DNA from: Utricularia gibba
Taxonomy: Eukaryota > Plantae > Magnoliophyta
Reading direction: 5' to 3'
Assembly: GCA_002189035.1 (NCBI GenBank)
Contig: CM007990.1
Span: 1,612,001-1,676,000, forward strand
DNA: 64,000 nucleotides
Positions 62,808 through 64,000 of the stretch are shown here, piece after piece; position 1 is the stretch's first letter; each line of letters starts with the position of its first letter. Both the position numbers and the translations under genes were made by a program. A model generated the notes under the pieces. That model ran no database searches. It was not told where the DNA came from and saw only the letters and a program-made list of their open reading frames with translations.

Positions 62808-64000
62808 ATGGGGAACAAACGAGTAGATCTGGACGGAAATGCCATAAATCCGATGACGATATGCATGATCGGCGCCGGAGGATTCATCGGCTCGCACCTC
62901 TGTGAGAAGCTGATGCACGAGACTCCACACAAGGTGCTGGCGGTGGACGTTTACAGCGACAAGATTAAGCATCTACTGGAACCAGCCTCGCTGCCTTGGG
63001 CTGATCGTATACAGTTCTACCGTATCAATATTAAGAGTGACTCTCGCCTTGAAGGCCTCATTCGCATGGCGGATCTTGTAATTCTTCTTGCTATTTGTTG
63101 CTTTGCATTTCACTGCGTATATGGCTTGATCTGGGCTCTGCGGTTTTCTTTTTCGTTTGATGCTGCAAAATTGGTAGATTGAAGTGAAAATGATGTGTGT
63201 TTAGGTTAGATCTTGATGACTCTCCGCGGATCTGAAGCTTATATTTCACTAGAAACTCTAGACTAGGTGGTTGCCCTAAGTTTACGCTATTTCTTTGTAG
63301 AATAGCTGCCTATTCACATATCTTCTATTCATTGTTTTTTTCACTGCTTCCGGTACAATCATCGTTTGCTTCTTTAGCACAAGAATTTTCATTAGTCAAG
63401 CTATCTATTTCTTTGTTGTGTAGACCATAAATCTTGCGGCTATTTGCACTCCAGCAGACTACAACACTCGTCCTCTAGACACGATTTATAGCAATTTCAT
63501 TGATGCTCTCCCTGTGGTAAGTTATCACGTTTTTTTTATGCTGTATTCCTGGTTCTTGATGTTTCTTGTCAGCATGTTTCGTGTAGTATAGTCTCTTGAA
63601 GTTGACTGATCTCCGTTTAGGTCAAATACTGTTCAGAGAATGGAAGACGGCTGATACATTTCTCCACCTGTGAAGTTTACGGGAAAACCATCGGCTCCTT
63701 TTTACCAAATGATAGTCCATTACGCCAGGTGAACCATGATTTCCATCTTTCCTAAGTGCATTTTAAAAGGGAGATTTTTTGATGAATGATCTAATAAAGG
63801 AGTGCTGATGTAGCCAGCTCCATCAATTGGCCTTTTTGAGAGAATCTTCCGTTGTTTTATGTTTGTGTTTCTAGACCTGAACGGCCGTATGCCTATTTTT
63901 ATCAGGATCCGGCGTATTATGTTCTCAAGGAAGATGCATCGCCATGCATATTTGGACCTATCGAGAAGCAGAGGTGGTCATATGCATGTGCAAAGCAGTT
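62808..64000 (+). CDS. AXS: UDP-D-apiose/UDP-D-xylose synthase, 5' part (runs off the window)
   Basis: Exons 62808-63077, 63424-63516, 63621-63728, 63906-end. Motifs RVDLDG, ICMIGAGGFIGSHLCEKL (NAD binding), NLAAICTPADYNTRP, FSTCEVYG, WSYACAKQ (YxxxK). Confidence 0.95.

Noticed and set aside
1-64000. rRNA, tRNA or organellar-insertion sequence
   Set aside because: None recognized by eye; a covariance-model scan was not possible.

Overview
Eudicot plant nuclear DNA with AT-rich intergenic regions and GT-AG introns; the species cannot be identified from the sequence. Ten complete spliced genes plus one partial gene were reconstructed by hand: a RAX/Blind-type R2R3-MYB, two tandem tau-class GSTs, a DUF1635 gene, DNA ligase 1, a GH79 heparanase-like gene, VPS41, two tandem S28 Pro-X carboxypeptidases, an A1 aspartic protease with a hydrophobic C-terminus, and the 5' part of UDP-apiose/xylose synthase. 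Between them lie decayed transposons (two Copia, an hAT split by a solo LTR with a 5-bp TSD, L1 LINE pieces, MuDR) and an orphan XBAT31-like last exon. Most notable: (1) a MIR408-like foldback (18/21 match) in the 6.8-kb intergenic region; (2) six coding frameshifts, all single-base losses at G/C runs, which probably reflect assembly error rather than pseudogenes; (3) an ocs/as-1 element conserved in both GST promoters, with a 20-bp spacing shift; (4) an exactly reconstructable LTR-in-hAT nesting; (5) three in-frame ATGs in LIG1. No new biological system is demonstrated; the MIR408-like locus is the best candidate for an undescribed element. All homology calls come from recalled motifs, not database searches.
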